Source: Magnetococcales bacterium DCbin2 | GTDB lineage: Bacteria > Pseudomonadota > Magnetococcia > Magnetococcales > UBA8363 | Assembly: GCA_002753615.1 (NCBI GenBank) | Contig: PEAO01000003.1 | Location: 1 to 63,773 of the forward strand | Direction of reading: 5' to 3' | Length of the DNA stretch: 63,773 nucleotides | Shown here: positions 30,385-40,665 of the stretch, piece after piece | Layout: each line of letters opens with the position of its first letter | How positions within the stretch are numbered: position 1 is the first letter of the stretch | Notes under the pieces: model-generated | Database searches by the model: none | What the model saw: only the letters and a program-made list of their open reading frames with translations | What the model was told of the DNA's origin: nothing | Translations under genes and position numbers: made by a program

Positions 30385-31754
30385 GCGGGACAAACACACA
30401 CACGAAACAGACTGACGAAACGGAAGCAACCGTTCCCCAGTCGCTTGTCGTTGAACCTATCCGGGGCAAAAACGGCCTCAAAGGGGTAATGCGCGTTCCT
30501 GGAGACAAATCCATCTCCCACCGTGCGATCATCCTGGGTTCGGTGGCCGCAGGGGAAACTGTGGTACACGGTCTGTTGGAAGGGGAAGATGTCCTGCGGA
30601 CCGTCGCCGCTTTTCGAGCCATGGGGGTAGAAATCACCATCTCAGAGAAAGGGATCTATTCGATCCAGGGGGTGGGGTTGGACGGATTGTCGGAACCGAA
30701 CCATGTGTTGGACATGGGCAATTCGGGGACGGGAATGCGGCTTTTGACCGGGCTTTTGGCCAGCCAATCTTTTTTCTCGGTCATCACGGGTGACGACAGT
30801 CTTAGGACGCGCCCCATGGGTCGTGTGATCCAACCGTTAACCCGCATGGGAGCGGTGATTCTGGGGCGCGATGGTGGCCGACTGGCCCCGTTGGCCATTC
30901 GCGGACGTGAACTGTTGCCGCTGGAACACCAAACCGGAGTCGCCTCGGCGCAGGTGAAAAGTGCCATTTTGCTGGCAGGACTCAATACCGCCGGTGTCAC
31001 CCAGGTGACCGAACCGGCCCTATCCAGGGATCATACCGAACGGATGCTGACAGGATTTGGTGCCGTGATCCAACGCGATGGTTTGACGGTCACTCTGGAG
31101 GGCTGGCCAGACTTAAAGGGGCAAACCATCCGGGTACCGGGAGATATTTCTAGTGCCGCATTTTTCCTGGTGGCGGGGCTTTTGTGTCCAGGAAGCAATC
31201 TCCTCATTAAGGGGGTGGGTGTCAATCCGACACGCACCGGTCTATTGGATCTCCTTACTGAAATGGGTGCCGGTTTAGCACTTTCCAACCCACGGTTGGA
31301 GGGGGGGGAACCGGTGGCCGATATTCGCGTGGGATTTGCCGAACTTAAAGGAATTACGGTACCACCCGAAGTGATCCCCCGTGCTATCGACGAATTTCCT
31401 ATTTTTTTTGTTGCCGCCGCTTTGGCCCAAGGTCAGACCACTTTGGCAGGTGCAGGCGAGTTGCGTCACAAGGAGTCCGACCGAATCCGGGCCATGGCTT
31501 TGGGGCTGAACCAACTGGGAGCCAGGGTGGAAGAACACGGGGATGGCGTCATCATCCAGGGGAGGCCGGAAGGGTTGGAGGGGGGGGTGACGGTGGATTC
31601 CCTCACCGACCATCGCGTCGCTATGAGTTTGGCGGTGGCGGGATTGCGTTGTAAAAACCCCGTGACCATTCTGCGTACCGCCAATATTGCCACATCGTTC
31701 CCAGATTTTGTCCAACAATTAAAAAATATCGGAGGGATGATCGCAACATCATGA
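30381..31754 (+). CDS. aroA: EPSP synthase
   Basis: PGDKSISHR, GNSGT, SAQVKSA, RDHTE, KESDR, DHR motifs. Confidence 0.97.
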   Translation: MSGTNTHTKQTDETEATVPQSLVVEPIRGKNGLKGVMRVPGDKSISHRAIILGSVAAGETVVHGLLEGEDVLRTVAAFRAMGVEITISEKGIYSIQGVGLDGLSEPNHVLDMGNSGTGMRLLTGLLASQSFFSVITGDDSLRTRPMGRVIQPLTRMGAVILGRDGGRLAPLAIRGRELLPLEHQTGVASAQVKSAILLAGLNTAGVTQVTEPALSRDHTERMLTGFGAVIQRDGLTVTLEGWPDLKGQTIRVPGDISSAAFFLVAGLLCPGSNLLIKGVGVNPTRTGLLDLLTEMGAGLALSNPRLEGGEPVADIRVGFAELKGITVPPEVIPRAIDEFPIFFVAAALAQGQTTLAGAGELRHKESDRIRAMALGLNQLGARVEEHGDGVIIQGRPEGLEGGVTVDSLTDHRVAMSLAVAGLRCKNPVTILRTANIATSFPDFVQQLKNIGGMIATS

Positions 31755-32449
31755 TCACCAAACGGACCCCGCCCGATAGACTCGTCGTTGCCGTCGATGG
31801 ACCCGCCGGGGCTGGCAAGGGGGCGGTGTGCCGATGGGTGGCCCTTAAGTATGATTTTGAATATCTGGAGACCGGAGCCATTTATCGGGCCGTGGCCTTG
31901 TTGTCGTTGCGGCATGGTGGCTTGGCAGACCAGCCGGATCGCTTGGCGGCGATGGCACGGGAGATGACGTTCGCCTTTTCTCCGGTCGCTGGCCGCTTTG
32001 TCGCCAGCCTGGAAGGCGAAGAGGTTACCCTGGCATTGCGCCAGGAAACAGTCTCCATGGAGGCATCACGGGTGGCGGCGTTGGGGCCGGTGCGTAGTGC
32101 CCTCCTCGATTTTCAACGCAGCTATGGTGGAAAAAAAAATATTCTCCTTGATGGCCGAGATATCGGCACCGTCGTGTGGCCGGAGGCCCAGCGAAAGATT
32201 TTTTTGACCGCTTCCTTAGAAGAAAGGGCAAAACGCCGGGCTTTGGAGTTGCAAGAGAAGGGAGAAACTGTTAGCTTGCCTGGGTTGTTGGCGGAGATGA
32301 AACTTCGGGACGCCAGGGACATGGCGCGTACCCATGCCCCCATGGTCCCCGCAGACGATGCCATAATCGTGGATACCACGTTCATGACGTTGGAAGAGAG
32401 CCAACAACAAGTAGCCGCCCTCATCGCACCGTTGCACCAGGAACGGTGA
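31751..32449 (+). CDS. cmk: Cytidylate kinase
   Basis: DGPAGAGK, TGAIYR, DGRDIGTVV motifs. Confidence 0.96.
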   Translation: MITKRTPPDRLVVAVDGPAGAGKGAVCRWVALKYDFEYLETGAIYRAVALLSLRHGGLADQPDRLAAMAREMTFAFSPVAGRFVASLEGEEVTLALRQETVSMEASRVAALGPVRSALLDFQRSYGGKKNILLDGRDIGTVVWPEAQRKIFLTASLEERAKRRALELQEKGETVSLPGLLAEMKLRDARDMARTHAPMVPADDAIIVDTTFMTLEESQQQVAALIAPLHQER

Positions 32450-32610
32450 GGCAAACGAGACCCCGCTTGCCCCTTTTGAAGGAAAGAGCGGTCAGGGGAA
32501 TCGGGTTTCTTTGTGTTTCATGGCCAGAGGTATTGCAATCGGGCCGATGACGCAAAAAAACCACGCGAAGGAGGGCGGTTTGGGATCAACCATTAATCGA
32601 AGGTGGCAAT

Positions 32611-34323
32611 GTGGGTGTGGAACTAAGGGTGGAAGACATCGAACTTGAGGACGAAGACTTTGGTGCATTGTTGGAGGACTCGTTCGAAAAAGGGGTCGGC
32701 AAAGAAGGTCAGGTCGTCACCGGAACCATCATCCAGCAGGAAGGTGATGAATTCATCATTGATGTTGGCCTGAAATCAGAAGGCCGATTGACGATCCGTG
32801 AGTTCTACGACGCCAATGGCAAACTGGAGGTCGGTATCGGCGATACCGTGGATGTGTTCGTCGAGCGTTGCGAAGACCAAAATGGTCAAGCGGTGCTGTC
32901 GCGCGAAAAAGCCAAACGGGAAGAGGCGTGGATGTCCCTCGAAAAAGCCTTCAACGATAAAAAGGTCGTCAATGGCCGCATCGTTGGCAAGGTCAAAGGG
33001 GGATATACGGTGGATCTCAACTCCCTGTCGGCTTTTCTCCCCGGCTCCCAGGTGGATGTCCGTCCCGTCCACGACATCATGCGTCTCCAAGATGAAGAAC
33101 AACCTTTCGACATCCTCAAAATGGACCGCCGTCGGGGCAATATTGTCGTATCCCGTCGCTCGGTGATCGAAAAGCAGCGTGACAGTGCCCGCTCGGCCCT
33201 GTTGGAAACCCTGCACGAAGGGATGATCCTGGACGGTATCGTCAAAAACATCACCGATTATGGTGCTTTCGTCGATTTGGGCGGCTTGGACGGCCTCCTG
33301 CACATCACCGATATGTCCTGGAAACGGGTCAAGCACCCCTCCAACGTCGTTTCGGTGGGAGATACCGTTTCCGTCCAGGTGATCAAGTTCAACTCCGAAA
33401 CCCAACGGATCTCCCTGGGGATGAAACAGCTCCAGACCGACCCTTGGGAAGGGATTGGGGCCAAATATCCTTCGGGGGTCAAATTCCGGGGTATCGTGAC
33501 CAACATCACCGATTACGGCGCGTTTGTTGAGTTGGAATCGGGTGTGGAAGGGTTGGCGCACGTTTCGGAACTGGCCTGGACCAAGAAAAATGTTCACCCC
33601 TCCAAAATTTTGGATGTGGGTCGTGAAGTCGAAGTCATGGTCCTGGATGTGGATGCCGATCGGCGTCGTATCTCGCTGGGGCTGAAGCAATGCATGGAAA
33701 ATCCCTGGATGACTTTTGCGGAGCGTCATCCCGTGGGGAGTGCCGTCAAAGGCGAAATCAAGAATATCACCGAATTCGGCCTGTTCATCGGCCTGGAAGG
33801 GGATATCGATGGTTTGGTGCATCTGTCGGATGTCACTTGGGATGCCGGGGCGGGGGAAGATGCCCTCAAGCAGTTCCAACGGGGCCAGGAAGTGGAAGCG
33901 GTTGTCCTCTCCCTCGACCCGGAAAAAGAACGGATCTCCTTGGGACTCAAGCAAGCCAATCCCGACGCCTGGACTTTGTGGGTAGATGCCAATCCGAAGG
34001 GGACGACCGTCCGTGGTACCGTCAAAGAGGTTATCGGGGCTGGCGTTGTGATTTCCCTGTCCGAACAAGTGGATGGATTGCTGCGTAAGGGCGAGTTTTC
34101 CAGAGAAGATCCCGAAGGGGGCCGTCTCACCCCAGAGGCACCCTTGGATGTGATGGTGACCCAGGTGGATCGGCAAAAACGGAAGATCTCCCTTTCGGTC
34201 CGTTCATTGGAAAATGTACAGGAACGCGAGACGCTCAAGGAATACACGGCTGACAGTAGCACCGCCACCAGCAGTTTGGGCGAAGCGTTGAGCAAAGCTT
34301 TGGAAAGAAAAGCGGGGGCTTGA
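32611..34323 (+). CDS. rpsA: 30S ribosomal protein S1
   Basis: Six S1 repeats (DYGAFVDLGG, RISLGLKQ). Confidence 0.97.
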   Translation: MGVELRVEDIELEDEDFGALLEDSFEKGVGKEGQVVTGTIIQQEGDEFIIDVGLKSEGRLTIREFYDANGKLEVGIGDTVDVFVERCEDQNGQAVLSREKAKREEAWMSLEKAFNDKKVVNGRIVGKVKGGYTVDLNSLSAFLPGSQVDVRPVHDIMRLQDEEQPFDILKMDRRRGNIVVSRRSVIEKQRDSARSALLETLHEGMILDGIVKNITDYGAFVDLGGLDGLLHITDMSWKRVKHPSNVVSVGDTVSVQVIKFNSETQRISLGMKQLQTDPWEGIGAKYPSGVKFRGIVTNITDYGAFVELESGVEGLAHVSELAWTKKNVHPSKILDVGREVEVMVLDVDADRRRISLGLKQCMENPWMTFAERHPVGSAVKGEIKNITEFGLFIGLEGDIDGLVHLSDVTWDAGAGEDALKQFQRGQEVEAVVLSLDPEKERISLGLKQANPDAWTLWVDANPKGTTVRGTVKEVIGAGVVISLSEQVDGLLRKGEFSREDPEGGRLTPEAPLDVMVTQVDRQKRKISLSVRSLENVQERETLKEYTADSSTATSSLGEALSKALERKAGA

Positions 34324-34388
34324 TCCTTGGGTTGCTATCTTATAACATGGATCATGTTTTACTTTTGGACTCTGGAAGGTAGGTGTCT

Positions 34389-34664
34389 ATGACCAAGTCA
34401 GCTTTGATCAATGCCCTTGCCCGGCAAAAGGGGTTGTCCAGAAAAGATGCTGAAACTGTCGTCAATACCGTTTTTGAGGAGATTAGCCTTTCTTTGGAAA
34501 ACGGGAATCGTGTGGAGTTGCGTGGGTTTGGCAGCTTTGGACTGAAAGAACGGCGTTCGCGGGATGGACGCAATCCCAAGACGGGGGATAAAGTTTTCGT
34601 CGATTCCAAGCGGGTATTGTTTTTCAAGGCTGGCAAGGAGTTGCGGGAACGGGTCGATCAATGA
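34389..34664 (+). CDS. ihfB: Integration host factor beta subunit
   Basis: MTKSALI, RVELRGFGSF, GRNPKTG, FKAGKELRERV; follows rpsA. Confidence 0.93.
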   Translation: MTKSALINALARQKGLSRKDAETVVNTVFEEISLSLENGNRVELRGFGSFGLKERRSRDGRNPKTGDKVFVDSKRVLFFKAGKELRERVDQ

Positions 34665-34840
34665 GACCCATCGGGCCGATCTGAGAGTCACAAACAGTGC
34701 GCTTTTGGTTGTTTTCGCGCAAGAATGACGGCAAGGAAGGGGGAAGGCGGTTGTCTCCCCCCTTCCCTTCTTCGCAGGGTACTTAGTACGTGCGGAGGTG
34801 GAGCGTCACCGGGTTGCATGTCACCTTGAAGTTGGCGCAT

Positions 34841-35146
34841 ATGGGTGGATGGATCAATCTTATCATGGTGGTGGTTTTAACCATCGTTGCCGTGGTTTTT
34901 GCCCTGAATAACCAGGATGATGTGATCATCCATATCCCTGGCAATTGGCAACAGACCAGTGTTCCGGTCTTTGTCCTTGCGTTTGTCCCAATGTTGCTTG
35001 GCTTTATCTTTTGTGCGGTTTCGGGGTGGGGACGAATGAGTGTCATGCGTCGCCGTTCTGAGCAGTTGCAGCGGCAAAACCAAGCTTTGGAGCGGGAATT
35101 GACCAATCTGCGGAATCAGCCGTTGGACAACGACGTGCAGTTATAA
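34841..35146 (+). CDS. lapA: LPS assembly protein A-like
   Basis: Two TM helices, FALNN motif, coiled-coil tail; ihfB-lapA-lapB synteny. Confidence 0.8.
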   Translation: MGGWINLIMVVVLTIVAVVFALNNQDDVIIHIPGNWQQTSVPVFVLAFVPMLLGFIFCAVSGWGRMSVMRRRSEQLQRQNQALERELTNLRNQPLDNDVQL

Positions 35147-35323
35147 CGCTCTCTTGGGGGAGAGTTCGACCGTTTTTGTTTCCTCGCGGCTGTTGGGGTT
35201 TTGTACCCGCCCCGCTGATCGGAAGAGTTTCGTTTCTTCTTGGGTTAGCCTGGAAAAATGCCAGGGAGTCCTGCCAGTGTGTCGCCGTTTTTTCCAAAAC
35301 CATTTATCCGGTCAACCGCAGTG

Positions 35324-36508
35324 ATGGATATTGCCCATCTGACGGGTTGGTCTGCCTTGGCGATTACGGTGGGTGCCATCATTTTCAGGGCAGGATATCG
35401 CATGGGGCGCGACGATGCCTTGAGTTTTGGCGAAGAGCCGGAGCGGCAGCAGGAAACCTCCTATACCTTTCGGGGCCTTAATTTTTTATTGTCCGACGAG
35501 CCGGACAAGGCGATCGAAGCCTTTACCAATGTTGTCCGCATCAATTCGGAAACGGTTGAAATCCACTTATCTTTGGGTAATTTATTCCGCTCCCGTGGCG
35601 AGGTGGGGCGTGCCATTCGCATTCATCAAAATTTGATTGCCCGTCCCAGCCTGAGCGATGCCTACCGCAAGGCGGCCCTTTATGCGTTGGGCGAGGATTA
35701 TCGGCAGGGTGGTTTTGTGGATCGGGCCATCGATTCTTTTCGGCGGGTTTTGGAATTGGATCCCAACCATCGCAAGGCGTTGGCGGGTCTTCAGGCTTTG
35801 CATGAAAACGAAGGGCGTTGGGATATCGCTTTGGATATTCTCAAACGGTTGGTCAAGGTCACGGGTGAGGAAGATCCCAGACGTGAAGCGCATTTGCTGA
35901 TCAAAATTGGCCTGGAGCAGACACGGACATTGGGTGAGGGCGATGACCATCCAGGGATGGATTGGTTTCGCAAGGCGATCCGAGTCTATCCCGGCTGTGT
36001 GGAGGCCTTTCGTTTGTTGGGCGAGGCGCAATTATCTCAAAACAAGGTCAAGGGGGCCATTCAAACCTTTGCAACCCTGAAGAAGAATCGCCCCAGCCAT
36101 TTTTTCATGTTGATGGAACCGTTAAAGCGGGCTTATGTCGAGCAAGGTGACCTGGGTGGATTTGAGGAGTGTATGCGCAATGCGGTCAATGCCCCTTCGG
36201 CATCACCCAGGTTGATCGTTTTGTGGAGTCGTGAGTTACAATCGCGCAACCGGACCAGGGAAGCGGTGGATGTGTTGTTGAAGGGGTATTCCAAATATCC
36301 CGGTTCGGTGGTGATGGCGCGGTTGTTGGTGCGGTTATTGGAACATCTTAACCGAGAGGAAGAGGCTTTGGGGGTCGCGGTACGTTGTTTGGATCATCTT
36401 TTGTCGCGGCAACCGGGATTTCAATGTTCCCAATGTGGTTTTCAATCCCAAGACATCTATTGGAAATGTCCGCAATGTCATCGCTGGGATGCCATGGAAC
36501 CTATGTAG
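35324..36508 (+). CDS. lapB: LPS assembly protein B
   Basis: GLNFLLSDEPDKAI, LGNLFRSRGEVGRAIRIHQ, TPRs, C-terminal CSQC..WKCPQC rubredoxin. Confidence 0.93.
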   Translation: MDIAHLTGWSALAITVGAIIFRAGYRMGRDDALSFGEEPERQQETSYTFRGLNFLLSDEPDKAIEAFTNVVRINSETVEIHLSLGNLFRSRGEVGRAIRIHQNLIARPSLSDAYRKAALYALGEDYRQGGFVDRAIDSFRRVLELDPNHRKALAGLQALHENEGRWDIALDILKRLVKVTGEEDPRREAHLLIKIGLEQTRTLGEGDDHPGMDWFRKAIRVYPGCVEAFRLLGEAQLSQNKVKGAIQTFATLKKNRPSHFFMLMEPLKRAYVEQGDLGGFEECMRNAVNAPSASPRLIVLWSRELQSRNRTREAVDVLLKGYSKYPGSVVMARLLVRLLEHLNREEEALGVAVRCLDHLLSRQPGFQCSQCGFQSQDIYWKCPQCHRWDAMEPM

Positions 36509-36641
36509 ACGATTACGATGAGTCGGAGGGATCACCCCTCGGCTTAGACGTCTATCAAACCAAAGAGTTGCCCAGATCGCTGCATCTGGTTAACGAATGT
36601 GACAAAGGATAAGCAAAGTCTGGCGTTTTTAGGAGACTAAC

Positions 36642-39600
36642 ATGGCAGCCAGTTTTTTTGAAAAACCAATCCTGAACTCGCCATACAAATATCCCAGTCA
36701 GCACTGGGAATTGGATGCTGATGGGCAGCCTACCAATAAGATCATCGCTGCCCGTCGGCTTTCGGATCTAATCACCCCGGTTCCGAAGCCAAAAAAACGC
36801 CGTGGATCCAAGGATCAGTCCACGATGATCTTTGATGATGTTTCCACAGCAGAGCAGGAATACGACCCTACGCCGTTCATCAATGAGGTCAGGAGCGCGG
36901 TCGAAAGCTGGAGAAATCTTCCTTCACCCAATCAGTGGTCTGTGACTCCAGAAACGGCCCGTCTTCTTCAATACTGGCGGCATCATTCGTTCCAAGGGGT
37001 TCGTCCCTTTTTTTGTCAGATCGAGGCCGTAGAAACGGTCATCTGGTTGACGGAAGTAGCTCCAAATCTGGGGAAACGGGGGTCGAAATACCTGGACCGT
37101 CTGAAACAAGCCAATCTGGAAGCCAATCCTGAGATTTACCGATTGGCGTTGAAACTGGCCACCGGGGCCGGGAAAACCACGGTCATGGCCATGCTCATCG
37201 CCTGGCAAGCGGTCAATGCGGCGCGTCACCCCCAGAGCAGGTTGTTCACCAGGGGCTTTCTCATCGTGGCACCCGGTATCACCATCCGGGACCGGCTACG
37301 GGTACTCCAACCCAACGATCCAGACAGCTACTACAAGAGCCGGGAAATCGTCCCCAGCGACATGCTGGTGGACTTGGACCGGGCCAAGATCATCATCACC
37401 AACTACCATGCCTTCAAACTTCGGGAGCGCATGGATGTGTCCAAAGTGGGTCGTGCCCTGCTCCAGGGGCACGGTCCTGATTTGGAAACCGCAGAAACCG
37501 AAGGTCAAATGCTCCAACGGGTGATGCCCAGTTTGATGGGCATGAAGAACATCCTGGTTCTCAACGATGAAGCACACCATTGCTACCGGGAAAAGCCAGA
37601 CAGTCATGATGTGGATGACCTTAAGGGGGATGATAAGGACGAGGCCAAAAAGAATAACGAAGCGGCCCGGCTCTGGATTTCCGGCATCGAAGCCGTCAAG
37701 CGCAAGTTGGGCGTGCGCACCGTGTTTGACCTATCCGCGACCCCATTTTTCCTGCGGGGGTCCGGGTATATCGAGGGGACGCTGTTTCCCTGGACTTGCT
37801 GCGACTTTTCCCTAATGGACGCCATTGAATGCGGCATCGTCAAACTGCCGCGCATACCCGTTGCGGACAACATCCCCGGTGGGGACATGCCCAAGTTCCG
37901 CAATCTTTGGGAACATATCGGCAAGCGCATGCCCAAGAAGGGACGCGGCACGGCCAGGGGTCTTGATCCCCTGAGTCTGCCTGCCGAACTGCAAACCGCG
38001 TTGGAAGCCCTCTACGGTCACTATGAGAAGACCTTTGAGCTTTGGAAAAAGGAAGGCATTCGCGTCCCGCCCGTTTTCATTGTGGTTTGCAACAACACCT
38101 CCACCTCCAAGTTGATCTATGACTTCATCTCTGGGTTCGAGCGTGAAAATGATGGTCAATCCCAGTTGGAGAATGGGCGATTGGCATTGTTCCGCAACTA
38201 TAACGAACACGGCAACCGTATCCCCCGTCCACGGACGCTGCTGATCGACAGTGAACAGTTGGAATCCGGCGAGGCTCTGGACGAGAACTTCCGTGACATG
38301 GCTTCTGATGAAATCGAACGCTTCCGGCGGGAGATGGTGGATCGGACTGGCGATCAACGCGCCGGGGAGAACATCACGGATTCAGACCTGCTGCGGGAGG
38401 TGATGAACACCGTCGGCAAGAAAGGCCGCCTGGGTGAAGACATCCGCTGCGTGGTTTCCGTCTCTATGTTGACGGAAGGGTGGGACGCAAACACCGTGAC
38501 CCATGTTCTGGGTGTTCGGGCTTTTGGAACCCAACTGCTTTGCGAACAAGTGGTGGGACGCGCCTTGCGCCGCCAGTCCTACGATCTGAACGAAGAGGGG
38601 TTATTCAACGTCGAGTACGCAGACGTGCTGGGGATTCCGTTCGACTTCACGGCCCAACCGGTCATCTCCAAACCCGTGCCGCCCCGTGAGACGGTTCGGG
38701 TACATGCGGTCAAACCAGAACGCAATGATTTGGAAATCACCTTCCCCCGAGTGGAAGGCTATCGGGTGGAGTTGCCCAATGAAAAGCTCACGGCCAAATT
38801 CACCGAGGACTCCGTGTTGGAACTAACACCCCTGCTGACAGGTCCGGCCATCACCAGGAATGAGGGCATCATTGGTGAAGGTGTGAACCTGACCGTCCAA
38901 CATCTCAAAGATATGCGGCGTTCCTCCATTTTATTTCACTTGACGCGCTATCTGCTCTACAACAAATACCGTGATCCCGGCGAAGAACCCAAGCTGCACC
39001 TGTTTGGGCCACTCAAGCGCATCGTCCGACAATGGCTGGATGGCGGTTATCTGCGCTGTACCGGCGGCACCTTCCCAGCCCAGTTGATCATGCATGAAAT
39101 CGCCGACATGGCTTGTGAACGGATCAAGGCAGCTATTACCGAAAGTCTGGATGGGGAAAGACCAGTCAAAGCGATCCTGGATGCCTACAACCCCAGGGGA
39201 TCCACCCAGCATGTGAACTTCACCACCTCCAAGGAAACCCGTTGGGAAACCCGGATGGACCGTTGCCATATCAATTGGGTGGTGTGTGATGGGGACTGGG
39301 AGGCGGAGTTCTGCCGCGTGGTCGAATCCCATCCCCGGGTACTGGCCTATGTGAAAAACCAAGGATTGGGGCTGGAGGTTCCCTACCTGAGAGGAGCAGT
39401 CCCCCACACCTACATTCCAGATTTTATCGTGCAGGTAGACGATGGCCATGGCCGGGAAGATCCTTTGAATCTGATCGTGGAGATCAAGGGATTTCGGGGT
39501 GAAGACGCCAAGGACAAGGCCAACACCATGCGTGCCTACTGGGTGCCGGGGGTGAACAACCTGGGCAAGTTCGGTCGCTGGGCCTTTGCCGAGTTCACCG

Positions 39601-39698
39601 AGGTATTTGCCATGGAGGCAGATTTTGGCCAAAAGGTGGACGCAGCCTTCGATGAGACCCTTAAGAAGGTGATTGACGAATCGGGAAACGCTCAATGA
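36642..39698 (+). CDS. Type III-like restriction subunit (SF2 helicase plus PD-(D/E)xK nuclease; BPTD_3080-like)
   Basis: LATGAGKT, NDEAHH, SATP, EGWDA, QVVGRALR; C-terminal YIPDF..VEIKG. Confidence 0.9.
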   Translation: MAASFFEKPILNSPYKYPSQHWELDADGQPTNKIIAARRLSDLITPVPKPKKRRGSKDQSTMIFDDVSTAEQEYDPTPFINEVRSAVESWRNLPSPNQWSVTPETARLLQYWRHHSFQGVRPFFCQIEAVETVIWLTEVAPNLGKRGSKYLDRLKQANLEANPEIYRLALKLATGAGKTTVMAMLIAWQAVNAARHPQSRLFTRGFLIVAPGITIRDRLRVLQPNDPDSYYKSREIVPSDMLVDLDRAKIIITNYHAFKLRERMDVSKVGRALLQGHGPDLETAETEGQMLQRVMPSLMGMKNILVLNDEAHHCYREKPDSHDVDDLKGDDKDEAKKNNEAARLWISGIEAVKRKLGVRTVFDLSATPFFLRGSGYIEGTLFPWTCCDFSLMDAIECGIVKLPRIPVADNIPGGDMPKFRNLWEHIGKRMPKKGRGTARGLDPLSLPAELQTALEALYGHYEKTFELWKKEGIRVPPVFIVVCNNTSTSKLIYDFISGFERENDGQSQLENGRLALFRNYNEHGNRIPRPRTLLIDSEQLESGEALDENFRDMASDEIERFRREMVDRTGDQRAGENITDSDLLREVMNTVGKKGRLGEDIRCVVSVSMLTEGWDANTVTHVLGVRAFGTQLLCEQVVGRALRRQSYDLNEEGLFNVEYADVLGIPFDFTAQPVISKPVPPRETVRVHAVKPERNDLEITFPRVEGYRVELPNEKLTAKFTEDSVLELTPLLTGPAITRNEGIIGEGVNLTVQHLKDMRRSSILFHLTRYLLYNKYRDPGEEPKLHLFGPLKRIVRQWLDGGYLRCTGGTFPAQLIMHEIADMACERIKAAITESLDGERPVKAILDAYNPRGSTQHVNFTTSKETRWETRMDRCHINWVVCDGDWEAEFCRVVESHPRVLAYVKNQGLGLEVPYLRGAVPHTYIPDFIVQVDDGHGREDPLNLIVEIKGFRGEDAKDKANTMRAYWVPGVNNLGKFGRWAFAEFTEVFAMEADFGQKVDAAFDETLKKVIDESGNAQ

Positions 39699-39702
39699 AG
39701 GT

Positions 39703-39731
39703 TTGCTATTTTCTCCGTCAAGTGGTACGTT
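39703..39731 (+). promoter_or_regulatory. Putative sigma70 promoter internal to the RM operon
   Basis: TTGCTA-N17-TACGTT with TG upstream of the -10. Confidence 0.55.
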
Positions 39732-39737
39732 GTCCGT

Positions 39738-39805
39738 GTATCCGCCCTTTGGAAGTACGCCCGCTCAACAATCCCGAGCGTGTGCCGAAACCCTGGGGCT
39801 TTTTT
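39738..39805 (+). ncRNA. Candidate structured small RNA / leader upstream of the NYN gene
   Basis: Nested pairing GCCCT/GGGGC, GTACG/TGTGC, CGCTC/GAGCG followed by T6. Confidence 0.5.
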
Positions 39806-39822
39806 GTTTTAGGGGGCCGGTC

Positions 39823-40665
39823 ATGAGGATTCGTCGTGTTGCGGTCCTCCTCGACGGGGGATTTTTCCTCAAGCGGCTACCCAAGGTTGTTGAATCGCGT
39901 TTCCGCGAGACGCCCGAAGCGGTAGCCGAAACTGCCCGCATTCTGTGCAAACGCCACGTTCAAAGGCTGATCGGCGAGGCCGAAGGGACAACCTCCAGCC
40001 GCTGGTTAGACCACGTTTACCGGCTGTTCTATTACGATGCCCGTCCCTACGATGGCATTGCCCACCATCCCATTGCCAACCGGCGCATTGAATTTGCAAA
40101 AACCGAGCAGGCACGGTTTCGGGAATCACTTTTCCAGGAGCTTCGTCAGAAGCGGAAGTTCGCCTTGCGGCTTGGCAAAGTGGCCAAGGAAGGCGACTGG
40201 CAGATTCCCTCACGTCTCACAAAAACGCTCATTAAAACAAGGGAGTTGGTTCCCATCCTGGAGTCTCTCATGCTGAATGGGAGCGAAGGGGGAGGTCTAT
40301 CCGACCTGACGGAGGAGCAACGCCGCAATCTTGAAAAACTGATCGCCGCCTGGAAGGGCTTTGGCGAGGATGACGTGAGTCTGATCCTGCGGCAGAAGGG
40401 GGTCGATATGCGGATCGGTCTCGACATCGCCTCGATGACCCTCAAGAAACAGGCCGACACCATCATTTTGGTGACGGGTGACAGTGATTTCGTCCCGGCT
40501 GCCAAGTTGGCACGCCGGGAAGGGGTCGAGTTTATTCTGGACCCCATGTGGCAGAACGTGAACGACGACCTGTTTGAACATATTGATGGTTTGGTTTCCG
40601 TTCTGCGAACAGGAAACCGGAGTGATACGTCGGAGGAGAGACCTGATGGCCCGCAAGAGTGCTGA
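39823..40665 (+). CDS. NYN-domain (LabA/DUF88, PIN-like) ribonuclease
   Basis: AVLLDGGF, LFYYD, QKGVDMRIGLDI, LVTGDSDFVPAAKLARREG motifs; start at ATG 39823. Confidence 0.9.
   Translation: MRIRRVAVLLDGGFFLKRLPKVVESRFRETPEAVAETARILCKRHVQRLIGEAEGTTSSRWLDHVYRLFYYDARPYDGIAHHPIANRRIEFAKTEQARFRESLFQELRQKRKFALRLGKVAKEGDWQIPSRLTKTLIKTRELVPILESLMLNGSEGGGLSDLTEEQRRNLEKLIAAWKGFGEDDVSLILRQKGVDMRIGLDIASMTLKKQADTIILVTGDSDFVPAAKLARREGVEFILDPMWQNVNDDLFEHIDGLVSVLRTGNRSDTSEERPDGPQEC

Noticed and set aside
32776-34176. Long antisense ORFs (466 aa opposite rpsA; also opposite cbiET, glyA, res, pheA)
   Set aside because: Shadow frames of GC-rich, codon-biased genes with no motifs.
36509-36612. Short open frame or attachment repeat at the left edge of the defence island
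   Set aside because: No recognisable motif, and no matching repeat found at the right edge (47209-47560).
39673-39822. 50-aa N-terminal extension of the NYN ORF
   Set aside because: Overlaps the res end, promoter and hairpin; the domain begins right after ATG 39823.
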